Shown here: positions 26,997 through 36,934 of the stretch, piece after piece
Numbering within the stretch: the first letter of the stretch is position 1
Layout of the letters: each line of letters begins with the position of its first letter
Translations under genes and position numbers: made by a program
Notes under the pieces: model-generated
Databases searched by the model: none
Told to the model about the DNA's origin: nothing
Seen by the model: only the letters and a program-made list of their open reading frames with translations
IMG/VR virus record: IMGVR_UViG_3300029145_000010
Coordinates: 1 to 38,911 of that record
DNA length: 38,911 bases
Direction: 5' to 3' (one strand)
DNA from: a virus
Lineage: Duplodnaviria; Caudoviricetes

Positions 26997-27487
26997 TATG
27001 AAGTCTCCCTTGCCCAGAATTGAATCGACGAACCCTCATTATTCAGTCGTGCCGTACCGCCGGTAGTACGCCATTGTAAATTAATCGTATACGTACCAGC
27101 CGCTAGCCCTGTGACCAACCGTGAGAACGATACTGGATATTGGTCATTCGTCGCATCACGTCCAAAATACGTAATCCCGTCTGCACTACCCTGCCGCGTA
27201 CCATTTACCGTAAAATCAAAGTATGTGAACGTTGCTGTCGTGAGATTATCACCAGCACCATGAAAATGCACCAACAAATCTCCCCCTGTCGTCGTAATCG
27301 AGAGGCTTAAATTCGTCCCATCCACATTCACAAAGCTCGTCGAGGTCGTCGTATACCCACTCGTCACCTCAGCCGTATCTGTCGGCGGAGCCTTCAGCGC
27401 ATCCAGATTATCCACAATATCCGTATTCCAGATGCTTGCCGTAATCAAATTACCAGTCGCTCGCGTCGTTGGCGCAGTCCAAGCCAT
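26996..27487 (-). CDS. Minor tail or short receptor-binding protein
   Basis: MAWTAPTT...ITASIWNTDIVDNL N-terminus and a Thr-rich beta-sandwich (GLAAGTYTINLQWR). Confidence 0.65.
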   Translation of the reverse strand: MAWTAPTTRATGNLITASIWNTDIVDNLDALKAPPTDTAEVTSGYTTTSTSFVNVDGTNLSLSITTTGGDLLVHFHGAGDNLTTATFTYFDFTVNGTRQGSADGITYFGRDATNDQYPVSFSRLVTGLAAGTYTINLQWRTTGGTARLNNEGSSIQFWARETS

Positions 27488-27489
27488 AA

Positions 27490-27885
27490 TTACACCTCAA
27501 TCCCATGCGCGATATTCTCACGCTTCAAATCTTCTAAACTTTCCCTGGCACACCAATTCCGCGTGTTCGGGTCAGGACGCTTCAGCAAAACCGCCTCAAT
27601 CGCATCCACATCTTCAGGGAACAACACCCCCATCGCCTTAAAACCATTCGCCTGCATACAACAATCCACACAGAAAAATGCCTCACCAAAATCAATCACC
27701 TGCGCCCCGGCACAAAACGGGCATCTCACCACCCACGAGCTACGGATAATCTCAGCAGGCAAAACCCCGCTAATGGTCCAATTCACAGGCGCACGCCACC
27801 GATCACGCACCAGCTTCTCAACAAAACCCCGATACCCGCCAAGTTTTTTCACAATCTGCTGATCACTCGCTCTCAAAATCATCAT
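27490..27885 (-). CDS. Zn-finger protein in the tail module
   Basis: CPFC...FFCVDCC and RPDPNTRNW. Confidence 0.6.
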   Translation of the reverse strand: MMILRASDQQIVKKLGGYRGFVEKLVRDRWRAPVNWTISGVLPAEIIRSSWVVRCPFCAGAQVIDFGEAFFCVDCCMQANGFKAMGVLFPEDVDAIEAVLLKRPDPNTRNWCARESLEDLKRENIAHGIEV

Positions 27886-27889
27886 ATCC

Positions 27890-29461
27890 CTATACCCCTA
27901 ATGTAGTCGTTACACCCAACTCACTATAACCAACCTCGCCCAAAATCCAGAACGCATATTGATCAGCTTGCTCTAAGTACCACGTCACCCGATACCCGAA
28001 CCGCACACTAATATCATGCCGCTCACCAATAATGAAATACTCAGCATCATGTCCCGTCTGAGCATCACTAACCCGTATTCTATCCCCCATTTGTCGGGTC
28101 AACGCATCCTCAAACTTCGCATCACTATCCACCAAAAATTCAACCCATACAATCTCACCCCGTGGCTCAGAGAATTTACTCAGATTGTATTCAGCAATAC
28201 TCCGTGCAAGGTTCTCATTTGCAGTCAACTTACTATCAATCACCAGCTCACGTCGACCATACAGCGACATACTCAACGCATCCTGCACCTGCGCCTCAAA
28301 CTGGTTATATGCCGTCAACGCCTTCCCCTGAATCACCAGTTGATCATGTCCATAAATTTGACCCGGTGCCACCGTAAACTCAAACTTAGCCGACCGCGCA
28401 TCAAACTCCACCGTATAATCCGCAGGAGGCGAACCGGCAACCACGTTCAACGTATCCACAAACGGGTCAATCACACTAATCGTAGACCCCTCTGGAGACG
28501 TATACTGCGCTCTCAGCGAACGGCTCCGCCCCTCATCCCCCCCCTTCAGCTCAAACGGCTCATCACTCTGGTACACAATCGAATCACTAGCAGATACAGT
28601 CCGAGGATACGCAATCACCCGTACATCGTTATACAACCTCGAACCATACTCATAAGACGCATTGATAAAATAACCCTCATCATAGCTATCATCTAAATCA
28701 GTCAGTAATTGCAGATGATCACGCGCCCAGAAAATCGCCTTTCCTGCTCTATCAAAGAAAAATCGCCCCTGCTCAGCCTTAACCACATCCTCAATCGCTG
28801 TATATCCCCTAAACCCCGATTGCCAGTCATTCTTATTCACAAACTGATTACCATGAAAATCAGCATCCCACGTATCAGCAACATATGGAAACACTGAGTT
28901 ACCCGTATCAAAATCAGTACCCACACTCAAATCATTCAGATACGTATCCACACCCAGCGTACTAATCACACCCAATATCCAGCTATCACCCATCGCTGGC
29001 GGCAGATGTAACTGAGTCACAATCAGATCTAAAATCTCATCCGCACGCACATCCTCCAGCAATGGCAAATGCACCATCTGATCCTGCATATACTGCTTAG
29101 CACCCGTTGCAGTCAATCGGCATGTTGTACCATTTATTGGCGAGGGTAAAATCACATCCACATAACCAAAGTAAAGCACTGTCTGACTACCATCGTAATC
29201 AGCCACCACCTGCACCCGTCGCTGAGGCTTCAACCGGTCGTAATATGGCGAAGTAGATAACTCTACAGAAAACCGTTTATCATGATTATTCAACGTCAGC
29301 TCTAAGCGTGTCTCATCACCAACCAGCTGCTGAGGCTGGTGCATACCAATCGCCCAGTTACTCTCCTTGACGTAATTGGTAATCTCATCACCAAAATCAA
29401 ACACCCCATCATTATCAAAATCAATGTAATACCGTATTTGACCCGTAACCCTAGCCACCAT
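27890..29461 (-). CDS. Tail tip or hub protein
   Basis: 523 aa directly after the tape measure gene; LTLNNHDKRFS, EQGRFFFDRAG, GDRIRV. Confidence 0.7.
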   Translation of the reverse strand: MVARVTGQIRYYIDFDNDGVFDFGDEITNYVKESNWAIGMHQPQQLVGDETRLELTLNNHDKRFSVELSTSPYYDRLKPQRRVQVVADYDGSQTVLYFGYVDVILPSPINGTTCRLTATGAKQYMQDQMVHLPLLEDVRADEILDLIVTQLHLPPAMGDSWILGVISTLGVDTYLNDLSVGTDFDTGNSVFPYVADTWDADFHGNQFVNKNDWQSGFRGYTAIEDVVKAEQGRFFFDRAGKAIFWARDHLQLLTDLDDSYDEGYFINASYEYGSRLYNDVRVIAYPRTVSASDSIVYQSDEPFELKGGDEGRSRSLRAQYTSPEGSTISVIDPFVDTLNVVAGSPPADYTVEFDARSAKFEFTVAPGQIYGHDQLVIQGKALTAYNQFEAQVQDALSMSLYGRRELVIDSKLTANENLARSIAEYNLSKFSEPRGEIVWVEFLVDSDAKFEDALTRQMGDRIRVSDAQTGHDAEYFIIGERHDISVRFGYRVTWYLEQADQYAFWILGEVGYSELGVTTTLGV

Positions 29462-31517
29462 TTGCCCCGCTATCTCTCGCCGCAGTCTGCACAGTATTCA
29501 CGAGATCATACGCATTCTGACCATAACTATTCACCACATAGTTATCCCCACCACCACGCGAATTATTCTGAGAATTTGCAGTCGTCGCCGCAATCGCCAG
29601 ATCAACCGCACTCGCATCTATCTGACCCGGCATCAGCGTAATGTCCACCGTAGCCACCGCATCATAAGCCTCACCCTCAACCGTCCCCACCACATTCTCT
29701 TGTGCCTGGCTCGCAATCGACTCAATATCAAAATCAAGCTCAGCCGCCAATGGCAACAGTAAATTTTGAGCCTCCTCATCACCCTGTTCAAATGCCATCA
29801 GCAACGCCGATTCAAGCGCCGCACGTCCCTCAACCCCAAAATCCTCAGCATCAACCGCATCCAATTCAATCGCTTGAGCTAAAGAAAAATCTAGACCCCC
29901 CATCTGTATCATCTCATCACTCAAATCAATCGCACCAGCATTCAAATCTTCACGAATCGCATCTGTAATCGCATCCGCTATTTGCAAATCATATAATTGA
30001 GACCGCAACTCGGACGTATCAACCTGTAAATCAGGCGCAATATCCACCCGTCCACCGGTAGCGTCCAGCACCGCCTGCCTGAAGCCTAGCGCCCACTCAT
30101 CAAATTGTATCTGCGTCTCTAAATAGAATTGCTCTAGATCACGCCCTAGATTGTCAAAAATAATACTCAGCGCCATTGCCGCAGGACCCATCCCACTCAT
30201 AGCATCCTGCAAATCCCCAAAAACAATAATCCCAGCTTCTAATCGTTCAACCCACTCCAGCTCACCATCCTCACCACCAAGCCCGAACAACTCTCCGACA
30301 CTCTCCGCCATATCCGTGATGCCCAGCGCAATATCGTTAATGCCGGTAATGTCACCCTCGGTCAGTGCAATCAAACCATCCAGCACCCGATTGAAACCTG
30401 GACTAAGCTCATCACCTAGCGCAATCGCCAGATCAATCACATTATTCTTCAGTAGAGCCAACTTACCACCGGTCGTATCCGCTTTAGCCTCAGCCTCAGT
30501 CATCGCCGCATTATTCCCGGCAAATCCCTCCTCAGCTAAATCCAGCGCCTGCGTCACCGTGTCATAGCTACCAGCCAGAGACATAATCACACGTCTCTGC
30601 TCCGTACCCGTAATATTTAGCGCATCCAGCGTCGCCTGAGCATCACTCGACTCCATCTGCCCCAAGCCCTCAACGAACGCATCAAACGCCGCCGATGGGT
30701 CACTATTCGCCAGCTCTGCAAATTCATCTGCCGCCATACCAGCAGTTTCCGCCCACGTCGCGAGGTCGTCACCACCCTCACGGGTAGCTCTCTGCATATC
30801 CGCGATGCTCAGCGCAAAATTAGTAGACCCCAACTCAGCCGATAAACCGAGCGAAGCCATTGCCGCACCCCAGCCCAATATCTCATCAGCCTCAAAGCCC
30901 ACATTCGCCAGTGAACCCATTCGCTCACCGAAATTGATAATCATCGGCTCAGTCGTCGAGAGGTTATTACCGAGATGCACCACAGCATCCGCAATATTGT
31001 CTACATCCTCACCAATATCCAAACCGGTGAGATTCGCAAACTGTGCAAAGAACAACGCCGCCTGTTCTGTCGGCACACTCTCAGCCGCCACACCAAACGC
31101 CGCCACTGTCTGCGTAAACTCATCAAGGTCATCACCAGCCACACCGAGCTGACCACCCAGCGCCGCAATCGCCGCCAACTGGCTATGAGCATCCTCCAGA
31201 GACCCCGTCACCCCGGTAGTTGCCATCTCACGCAGTTGGATCTCTAAATCAGCCAGCTCCTCATCAGTCAGATCACCAACCGTCTTACGTACATCCGCAA
31301 AACTGTCTTCCCAGCTGATACTCGCCGCTAGTGCCGCACCACCAATTGCCGTAGTAGCAGACAACGCAAAACCAGCGAAACCCATAGCCAGCTGTCCTAA
31401 ACGCCGGTTCGTGTTTCGCGCAAAATTACCAACCTGATTGTCACCACTATCTAGACCGCGTCGTAAATCACTATCGTCCGCGGTTAAGACAGTTTCAAGC
31501 TCACTGACAGTCGCCAT
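29451..31517 (-). CDS. Tail tape measure protein (TP901-like)
   Basis: WEDSFADVRKTV, LGGQLGV, LGNNLSTTE; Ala-rich, 688 aa. Confidence 0.9.
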   Translation of the reverse strand: MATVSELETVLTADDSDLRRGLDSGDNQVGNFARNTNRRLGQLAMGFAGFALSATTAIGGAALAASISWEDSFADVRKTVGDLTDEELADLEIQLREMATTGVTGSLEDAHSQLAAIAALGGQLGVAGDDLDEFTQTVAAFGVAAESVPTEQAALFFAQFANLTGLDIGEDVDNIADAVVHLGNNLSTTEPMIINFGERMGSLANVGFEADEILGWGAAMASLGLSAELGSTNFALSIADMQRATREGGDDLATWAETAGMAADEFAELANSDPSAAFDAFVEGLGQMESSDAQATLDALNITGTEQRRVIMSLAGSYDTVTQALDLAEEGFAGNNAAMTEAEAKADTTGGKLALLKNNVIDLAIALGDELSPGFNRVLDGLIALTEGDITGINDIALGITDMAESVGELFGLGGEDGELEWVERLEAGIIVFGDLQDAMSGMGPAAMALSIIFDNLGRDLEQFYLETQIQFDEWALGFRQAVLDATGGRVDIAPDLQVDTSELRSQLYDLQIADAITDAIREDLNAGAIDLSDEMIQMGGLDFSLAQAIELDAVDAEDFGVEGRAALESALLMAFEQGDEEAQNLLLPLAAELDFDIESIASQAQENVVGTVEGEAYDAVATVDITLMPGQIDASAVDLAIAATTANSQNNSRGGGDNYVVNSYGQNAYDLVNTVQTAARDSGANGG

Positions 31518-31536
31518 AATACCTTTTCCGTAGAGC
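31509..31536 (+). other. dif-like site AGTCGCCATAA-TACCTT-TTCCGTAGAGC
   Basis: 11-6-11 site overlapping the tape measure ATG and SD. Confidence 0.75.
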
Positions 31537-31580
31537 TAACTCGCATCAGCGTCCACTACCCCCACAGAAAAGGTCTCGAC

Positions 31581-31799
31581 CTATTTACCTCGTTTTTTCT
31601 TCTTCACACTCTCTCGATACTCCATCACACCCTGATCAACCGCCATCAACGCCTGCTTATCCGCATAACTCAACGCCTTGTAAACAGATGGGGTATAACC
31701 AAAGTGTTTAGCAAACCACCACATCTCATACTTATTCTTCTGTACCCGGTTTAGGGCGGCACTCTCGAAAGTGTGATGCTTGAGTACCGCCCACTTTAG
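31581..31799 (-). CDS. Tail assembly chaperone GT extension (-1 frame)
   Basis: 72-aa open -1 frame LKWAVLK...WWFAKHFGYTPSVYKALS...RGK after the slippery A AAA AAC. Confidence 0.75.
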   Translation of the reverse strand, partial: LKWAVLKHHTFESAALNRVQKNKYEMWWFAKHFGYTPSVYKALSYADKQALMAVDQGVMEYRESVKKKKRGK

Positions 31800-32335
31800 T
31801 TTTTTGTGAGATCTAAGAGCGCATCCATAAACGTGTTACGAATGTTCATGTAGAGCTTATAATCCAATACCATCAAATCCTTAGCAGAATTGTGACGGCT
31901 CTTGACATACCTCTCCATAATCTCAATTTGCTTATCGACCTGCCCATTATGTGCCGCCAGTACGAAGCCCTCAACATCATCCCCAACAATGTCCTCAACA
32001 TCGAACCGCACCAGATCAACCGCATCACCCTCATATTTGCGCGATGCCATCAAGAATTCATTCTTAATCTTGGTAAGCTCCATAAACCGCATCTGACCGG
32101 GGTTATCAATCCCATCAGGCGGATTAACCATACTAGGCGCAATCGTCTCCACTGATTTACTGATCTCCAGTCGTAACGTCAACTGACGAAACTTATTCGC
32201 ATCAGCCGCCGTAATCTTCGAAAAATCAAACGTATAACCATCCTGTGCAGATTCCTCTTTTAGACCAGCGCCATTCTGTTCAATAACATCCTCATCCACC
32301 GCCGGCATTTCTTTTGTATCGTTTATATATGCCAT
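31796..32335 (-). CDS. Tail assembly chaperone (G)
   Basis: Lies between the major tail and tape measure genes; ends ACA AAA AAC TAA. Confidence 0.75.
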   Translation of the reverse strand: MAYINDTKEMPAVDEDVIEQNGAGLKEESAQDGYTFDFSKITAADANKFRQLTLRLEISKSVETIAPSMVNPPDGIDNPGQMRFMELTKIKNEFLMASRKYEGDAVDLVRFDVEDIVGDDVEGFVLAAHNGQVDKQIEIMERYVKSRHNSAKDLMVLDYKLYMNIRNTFMDALLDLTKN

Positions 32336-32371
32336 ACCCACAAGCTCCTATAACATCAGTCGAAAAATCAA

Positions 32372-32788
32372 TTAAAATGTATCGCTACGACCGTCGAACA
32401 ACCAATCACGCGCGATATTCTGGAACGTCACCGAAAGCACCTGCTCAGCACCGTGGCTCAATGGCAAATTCGCCACAACACGAGCCTCGATCCCATACTT
32501 ACGCTCACCGGTACCATTCCCATCAGGTCCCCAGATCAGATTCCCTGTCTTACCATGCTCCAGCGCTTCCACAATTGCCTCGCCTGTAGCATCGCCCGTC
32601 ACCAGCAGAGTCAACGTCGGTACGCAGGTCTCACGAATTTTGTGTGTGGATGTCAGCGCGTCAGCGCCAGCCGTACTATCAACACTCACCTCGGTAATTG
32701 CAGGGTCGAAATCACGGAAGTCCGTATCAATCACCACCCCACCAAACTCCAGATACAGACTTGTTCCATCTTTTGCTGTCTTAGCCAT
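32372..32788 (-). CDS. Major tail tube protein
   Basis: 138 aa, synteny, LIWGPDGNGTGERKY motif. Confidence 0.7.
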   Translation of the reverse strand: MAKTAKDGTSLYLEFGGVVIDTDFRDFDPAITEVSVDSTAGADALTSTHKIRETCVPTLTLLVTGDATGEAIVEALEHGKTGNLIWGPDGNGTGERKYGIEARVVANLPLSHGAEQVLSVTFQNIARDWLFDGRSDTF

Positions 32789-32798
32789 AACCTCACCT

Positions 32799-33230
32799 CT
32801 ATTGACTTAATCGAATTCGATAAATACCACCATCATGATAGAAGCGTCTCTCCGCCTCTTTATTTGCCAGATGTATCGCAGTCGTCAGCTCACAACGATA
32901 CACCGCAAAATCAACCTTAATCTCCGCATCCGCATCATGCAGAGCAACATAAATCCGATGACCCAAAAACGACGCTTGCACCATATCCTCAGCAATCACC
33001 TTCACCAGCAAACGCAAATCAATCAGATTCGTCTTAAAATCATTATTCGCACCGCCAGCATTCAGCGTCACAATCACAAAGGGATATACCTGCGATTCAA
33101 CCGTCGGTGCAAAGTCCGTATACAATCGGCTACCAATACCACCAATAGCCCCACCATTCCCATTCACTAATAGACTGTCCGCCAATAGCAAATCACGAAC
33201 AAAATCAACCGCATCGAGGAAGTAACTCAT
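32799..33230 (-). CDS. Tail terminator/completion protein
   Basis: RLYTDFAP...YPFVIV pattern and synteny. Confidence 0.7.
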   Translation of the reverse strand: MSYFLDAVDFVRDLLLADSLLVNGNGGAIGGIGSRLYTDFAPTVESQVYPFVIVTLNAGGANNDFKTNLIDLRLLVKVIAEDMVQASFLGHRIYVALHDADAEIKVDFAVYRCELTTAIHLANKEAERRFYHDGGIYRIRLSQ

Positions 33231-33655
33231 GTCAAATCCTCAAGGAACTTATCAAAAAATTCAGGGATTAACCGCTCAAGCTCCATCGCCATCGGACCCA
33301 TAAACGGGCGAGGCTCCAGACCATTCTCCTCAACACCAAATTCCTGCCAGACAGCATGCTCAGCCTGAGCAACTATCCGATGATGTTTTAAGCGGATTTT
33401 TTGCGCCAGAATACTATTCAGCAACGTACCACTATCCGGACGAGGAGGATTACCCGGTGAACTCGCCACATGCACACGATTTCCACGCGAATAAGACCGA
33501 CCACTAGCAGGGCTATCCTCCATGCTCAGCTTAACAATCGTCTCGCCTTCTTCAGCCAATGCACCCAAAACCTCATCAGCCTGCTTAGGAGTCGCCGCCG
33601 CCAGCTTCTTAAAATCATTCTTCTTAATCCGCACATGCCGCGTATTACTCATCAC
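33227..33655 (-). CDS. HK97 gp10-like neck protein
   Basis: HVASSPGNPPRPDSGTLLNSI...EFG...PRPFMGP. Confidence 0.85.
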   Translation of the reverse strand: MMSNTRHVRIKKNDFKKLAAATPKQADEVLGALAEEGETIVKLSMEDSPASGRSYSRGNRVHVASSPGNPPRPDSGTLLNSILAQKIRLKHHRIVAQAEHAVWQEFGVEENGLEPRPFMGPMAMELERLIPEFFDKFLEDLT

Positions 33656-34011
33656 GCACCAGCCTTCACCAGCTCAGCCTGACGCATCACATTCTGGCTC
33701 TGGTTACGATATACCTGCACCGTCTCATACCGCTCACCATCCAGCACAACCGAATCACCATCCTCAATATCCGCGTCATACGGTAACTGAAGCTCGTAAT
33801 TCACCATACTCTGGTCTGCACCCGTCACCATCCCATTAGAAGACGCTTGCTTGCGAATCAAATAACACGCCGAACTCGTTGAACTCACCAACGTCCGCAC
33901 AGGCGCACCATACGCATCACTCACATCCTGATACCGCTCAATCGTGCAGGTATCAACCAGATTCTCATTAATTCGCGCTCGTAACATATTCAGCACAAAA
34001 GCAGGGTACAT
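33652..34011 (-). CDS. Head closure/stopper protein
   Basis: DTCTIER...DAYG...LPYDADIEDGD; likely start MYPAF after AAGGA. Confidence 0.7.
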   Translation of the reverse strand: MYPAFVLNMLRARINENLVDTCTIERYQDVSDAYGAPVRTLVSSTSSACYLIRKQASSNGMVTGADQSMVNYELQLPYDADIEDGDSVVLDGERYETVQVYRNQSQNVMRQAELVKAGA

Positions 34012-34096
34012 AACCATTCCTTTTAAAAGTGAGGAGAGAAAACAATTGGGATAGTGGGTAATTGATCGCACCTCTCCTCACCCCATCTACACCATA

Positions 34097-34125
34097 AACA
34101 TAATCCCAGCACCACCCTGTAACGC
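34097..34125 (-). promoter_or_regulatory. Candidate late promoter GCGTTA-N17-TATGTT
   Basis: Repeated motif following the terminator at about 34131-34162. Confidence 0.5.
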
Positions 34126-34163
34126 TCCCAAAACAAAAATCCCCACCATTCAGGCAGGGATTA

Positions 34164-34191
34164 CCTCTACAGAAAACCTCTTATCCCGACC
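34164..34191 (-). other. dif-like site GGTCGGGATAA-GAGGTT-TTCTGTAGAGG
   Basis: Arms identical to 3902-3929 with a different spacer; abuts a stop codon. Confidence 0.8.
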
Positions 34192-34583
34192 TAACTATAA
34201 AGATCGTCCAGCAAATCCTCTAACTCAGACTGACCACTGCCAGCAACTCGCGTATCATGGCGCCTCACAGCCTGACGACTACCAAGCCGACGAGTACCCT
34301 TACGCCACTTAGCCTTCAACCGCTCCAACTGACGCTCCAATCCCTCACGACTTCCACCCCAGGCAACCCGTAACCAATCAGCAGTCGTATCAGGCTCACG
34401 ATTAATCTTCACCAGCAAATACTCAATCGCCGCAATCACCGCACCCTGATAATCCGTCTCAAGCGTAATTAAGCCCGTAATCATTTCATCAGATAACAAC
34501 GACGTATTCGAATCCGTATCACCGGTATAAAAACGAACCTTATCCCTATCTGTCGCCAAACCATCCTCAAAAGTAAATGCCAC
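34191..34583 (-). CDS. Head-tail adaptor protein
   Basis: DRDKVRFYTGDTD...LLSDE pattern and synteny. Confidence 0.7.
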   Translation of the reverse strand: MAFTFEDGLATDRDKVRFYTGDTDSNTSLLSDEMITGLITLETDYQGAVIAAIEYLLVKINREPDTTADWLRVAWGGSREGLERQLERLKAKWRKGTRRLGSRQAVRRHDTRVAGSGQSELEDLLDDLYS

Positions 34584-34600
34584 AACAATCCCCCTAAATA

Positions 34601-35053
34601 CTAATTAACAAAACCAGTAATCTTCAGCACCAGATCAGCCGTCGTAGCAAATGTCGGCGTGCTACCATTCAGCACCAGATACCCCCACAATTGACCCGTC
34701 CCGTGCAAAATTTTCAGTTCCTTCACCAGCGCATAGACATTACTATTTAGCGTGACATAATCACCACTCGCAATATCCACAACATCAACCAGCTTACCCA
34801 GATCCGCAGCAGTCATTGAAGCAGCAAACGCCGCATTATCAGCAATCTCAGTCGGTTGACCATCAAATAAATATAACTTGAATACAGCAGATTGCGCCGC
34901 ATCATCAGCCACCAATACATGCGTAATCAACCCCCCACCCTGAGCACCAGCCAGAGCAGACAAATCCAAACGCCCACCAACTACATCACCATCACTATAA
35001 GCCCCAGCAGTCACCACGATTTCAGCATCAAGAGCCACAATCTGATCAGTCAT
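34601..35053 (-). CDS. Putative virion structural protein
   Basis: 150-aa beta-rich protein (AYSDGDVVGG) in the head module. Confidence 0.55.
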   Translation of the reverse strand: MTDQIVALDAEIVVTAGAYSDGDVVGGRLDLSALAGAQGGGLITHVLVADDAAQSAVFKLYLFDGQPTEIADNAAFAASMTAADLGKLVDVVDIASGDYVTLNSNVYALVKELKILHGTGQLWGYLVLNGSTPTFATTADLVLKITGFVN

Positions 35054-35066
35054 ATCTCAGCTACCT

Positions 35067-35094
35067 TCTCTAAATAACTTATTTTCCCTAGATT
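35067..35094. other. Weaker dif-like site TCTCTAAATAA-CTTATT-TTCCCTAGATT
   Basis: Intergenic ATAA-N6-TTC; orientation ambiguous. Confidence 0.4.
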
Positions 35095-35118
35095 AAACTG
35101 GAGCACCAACCCTAACGC
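35090..35118 (-). promoter_or_regulatory. Candidate late promoter GCGTTA-N17-TAATCT
   Basis: Repeated motif following the terminator at about 35128-35160. Confidence 0.5.
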
Positions 35119-35181
35119 CCCTAGACCAAAAAAGCCCCACCCCGGCAGAGGGCGAGGCTTCTCAATTCTTAAATCACAAAA

Positions 35182-35586
35182 TTAAGCCGCGAAAGTAATC
35201 ACGTCAGACACAACCAACTCACCACTAGGCATCACAAGCACCAGGTAATAAGTTGCCGCACCAGAAGCATCACCAATCGTAAGGTCAATGTCACCATCCG
35301 CTTCACTGATGAGCAAACCAGCACTGTTAGACACAAACTCAATCGCAACACCATCAGTCCCAATCGCCAAACTCGTCGCCGCCGCAACTACAGTATCACC
35401 CTCAGCATCATCGCTCAAGTAAAACTGCACAGCAACCCGAGTCGCAATATCATCACCATTGCCATCCAATAATTGAATACCAACATTAATTTCATTGCCA
35501 GCTTCAGCACCAATGACGAAACTCGCACCAGCAGGTGCAACAAACCCGGCAACCTTCAGCCCATTAGGGAAATTAGTCAAACTCAC
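35182..35586 (-). CDS. Putative head decoration or structural protein
   Basis: 134 aa, acidic and beta-rich, MSLTNFPNG start, follows the capsid gene. Confidence 0.55.
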   Translation of the reverse strand: MSLTNFPNGLKVAGFVAPAGASFVIGAEAGNEINVGIQLLDGNGDDIATRVAVQFYLSDDAEGDTVVAAATSLAIGTDGVAIEFVSNSAGLLISEADGDIDLTIGDASGAATYYLVLVMPSGELVVSDVITFAA

Positions 35587-35601
35587 ACCACACCTCCCTA
35601 A

Positions 35602-36513
35602 TTAACTAGCGTTAGAGCCAACGACAAAACGATAATCTTGCCAGCCCTTGCTATAACGTGTACGTCCAAAGAATGAGCGCATCAACGTATTCGAAACATC
35701 TTGGTCAGCACCAAACTGAACAGGAATGCGGTTGTACCACAACAACATCATCTGAGCAGCAGGACCATCAATCACGAACCATTTATTGCCACTAATATAA
35801 GGATGAATTAAGCCGATTAAATCAGCATCGACATTCGTCGCATTATTAGCAGATTCAGGTGTCAATTGTGACTCAGTCAACTCACGGATTTTTTTGCGAT
35901 TATTACGACCACCTAAAAGCACAGTCGCCATCGCACCCGTTTCATTGCCCAAATCATCGCCCAAACCCTCTAGCTGATTGATAGCAGTCTCTAAGCTTGC
36001 TGCACTTAAAGCAGGTGATCCACTCACCAGATTACTAACATTCGTGCTATCAGATTTCGAACGCGGATGAGAAGCGCTCACCAGAGGTTTGGCATCATAA
36101 CCAAGATAAGCCGCCCCAGTATTAAACGCATTTTCGAAAATGCTTGCCTCATCCTTAACAACCTTGCGAGCAAATGCTGTACCTAATTGCCCTGCTTGGT
36201 CGAAAATACCAGAGTATTGGTTATCCTCAAACATCGTCTGAGTAACCTTAAACCCCTTAGTCAAATGACCATGCGACCATTCAACTTCATAATCTGCTGC
36301 GAATTCACCATAATCAACCTGACCATTAAACGGGGTCGGGTCTCCCATCGAGCCAATACGCTGATGAGTCTCTTTAGACTTGTTACTACTACGCACACCA
36401 ATCACGCGATTAAGTAAAATCGGACTAAGCTGGCTGTATTTTTGCCAGAAGATTTCACTCAGCACGGGGTCGATGTCTACTAATGAACTGAACGCACCAC
36501 TATTCTGTACCAT
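35602..36513 (-). CDS. Major capsid protein (Mu gpT-like, HK97 fold)
   Basis: 303 aa; GFKVTQTMFEDNQY, GYDAKPLVSASHP, RYSKGWQDYR. Confidence 0.85.
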   Translation of the reverse strand: MVQNSGAFSSLVDIDPVLSEIFWQKYSQLSPILLNRVIGVRSSNKSKETHQRIGSMGDPTPFNGQVDYGEFAADYEVEWSHGHLTKGFKVTQTMFEDNQYSGIFDQAGQLGTAFARKVVKDEASIFENAFNTGAAYLGYDAKPLVSASHPRSKSDSTNVSNLVSGSPALSAASLETAINQLEGLGDDLGNETGAMATVLLGGRNNRKKIRELTESQLTPESANNATNVDADLIGLIHPYISGNKWFVIDGPAAQMMLLWYNRIPVQFGADQDVSNTLMRSFFGRTRYSKGWQDYRFVVGSNAS

Positions 36514-36526
36514 AAGTCATCTCTCC

Positions 36527-36922
36527 CTAAATCAGCGCATGATTGCCGTTGAAGACCACCAAAGTGTCTTCATCAGCTGCACTATCAGCCCAAACAATAA
36601 AATCGGCGTTACTACTCGCCGCTAAACCTAAACCACCAGTCGCAAGGTCGAGGGTTGCACCAGCAACACGCGCATTATTATCCTCAACTGCATAAATCGC
36701 ACCCGGATTAACGATACATTCAACCGTCAACCCATCTGCCGTATTATCCACATCTTGTAAAGCAATACCGAGGAAGGCACTATCATTTGTTGCACCAGCA
36801 TCGACCTCTCCACTCTCAAGATTCAGCATCTCACCACGCGATAATACAACTGTATCCGCAATGGTTTTTGTTTGGATAATCGGCTCACTACCATCACTTG
36901 AACCTGACCATCTAAAAGCCAT
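36527..36922 (-). CDS. Capsid cement/decoration protein
   Basis: 131 aa between the scaffold and capsid genes; FLGIAL motif. Confidence 0.6.
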   Translation of the reverse strand: MAFRWSGSSDGSEPIIQTKTIADTVVLSRGEMLNLESGEVDAGATNDSAFLGIALQDVDNTADGLTVECIVNPGAIYAVEDNNARVAGATLDLATGGLGLAASSNADFIVWADSAADEDTLVVFNGNHALI

Positions 36923-36934
36923 ACATCACCTCAA

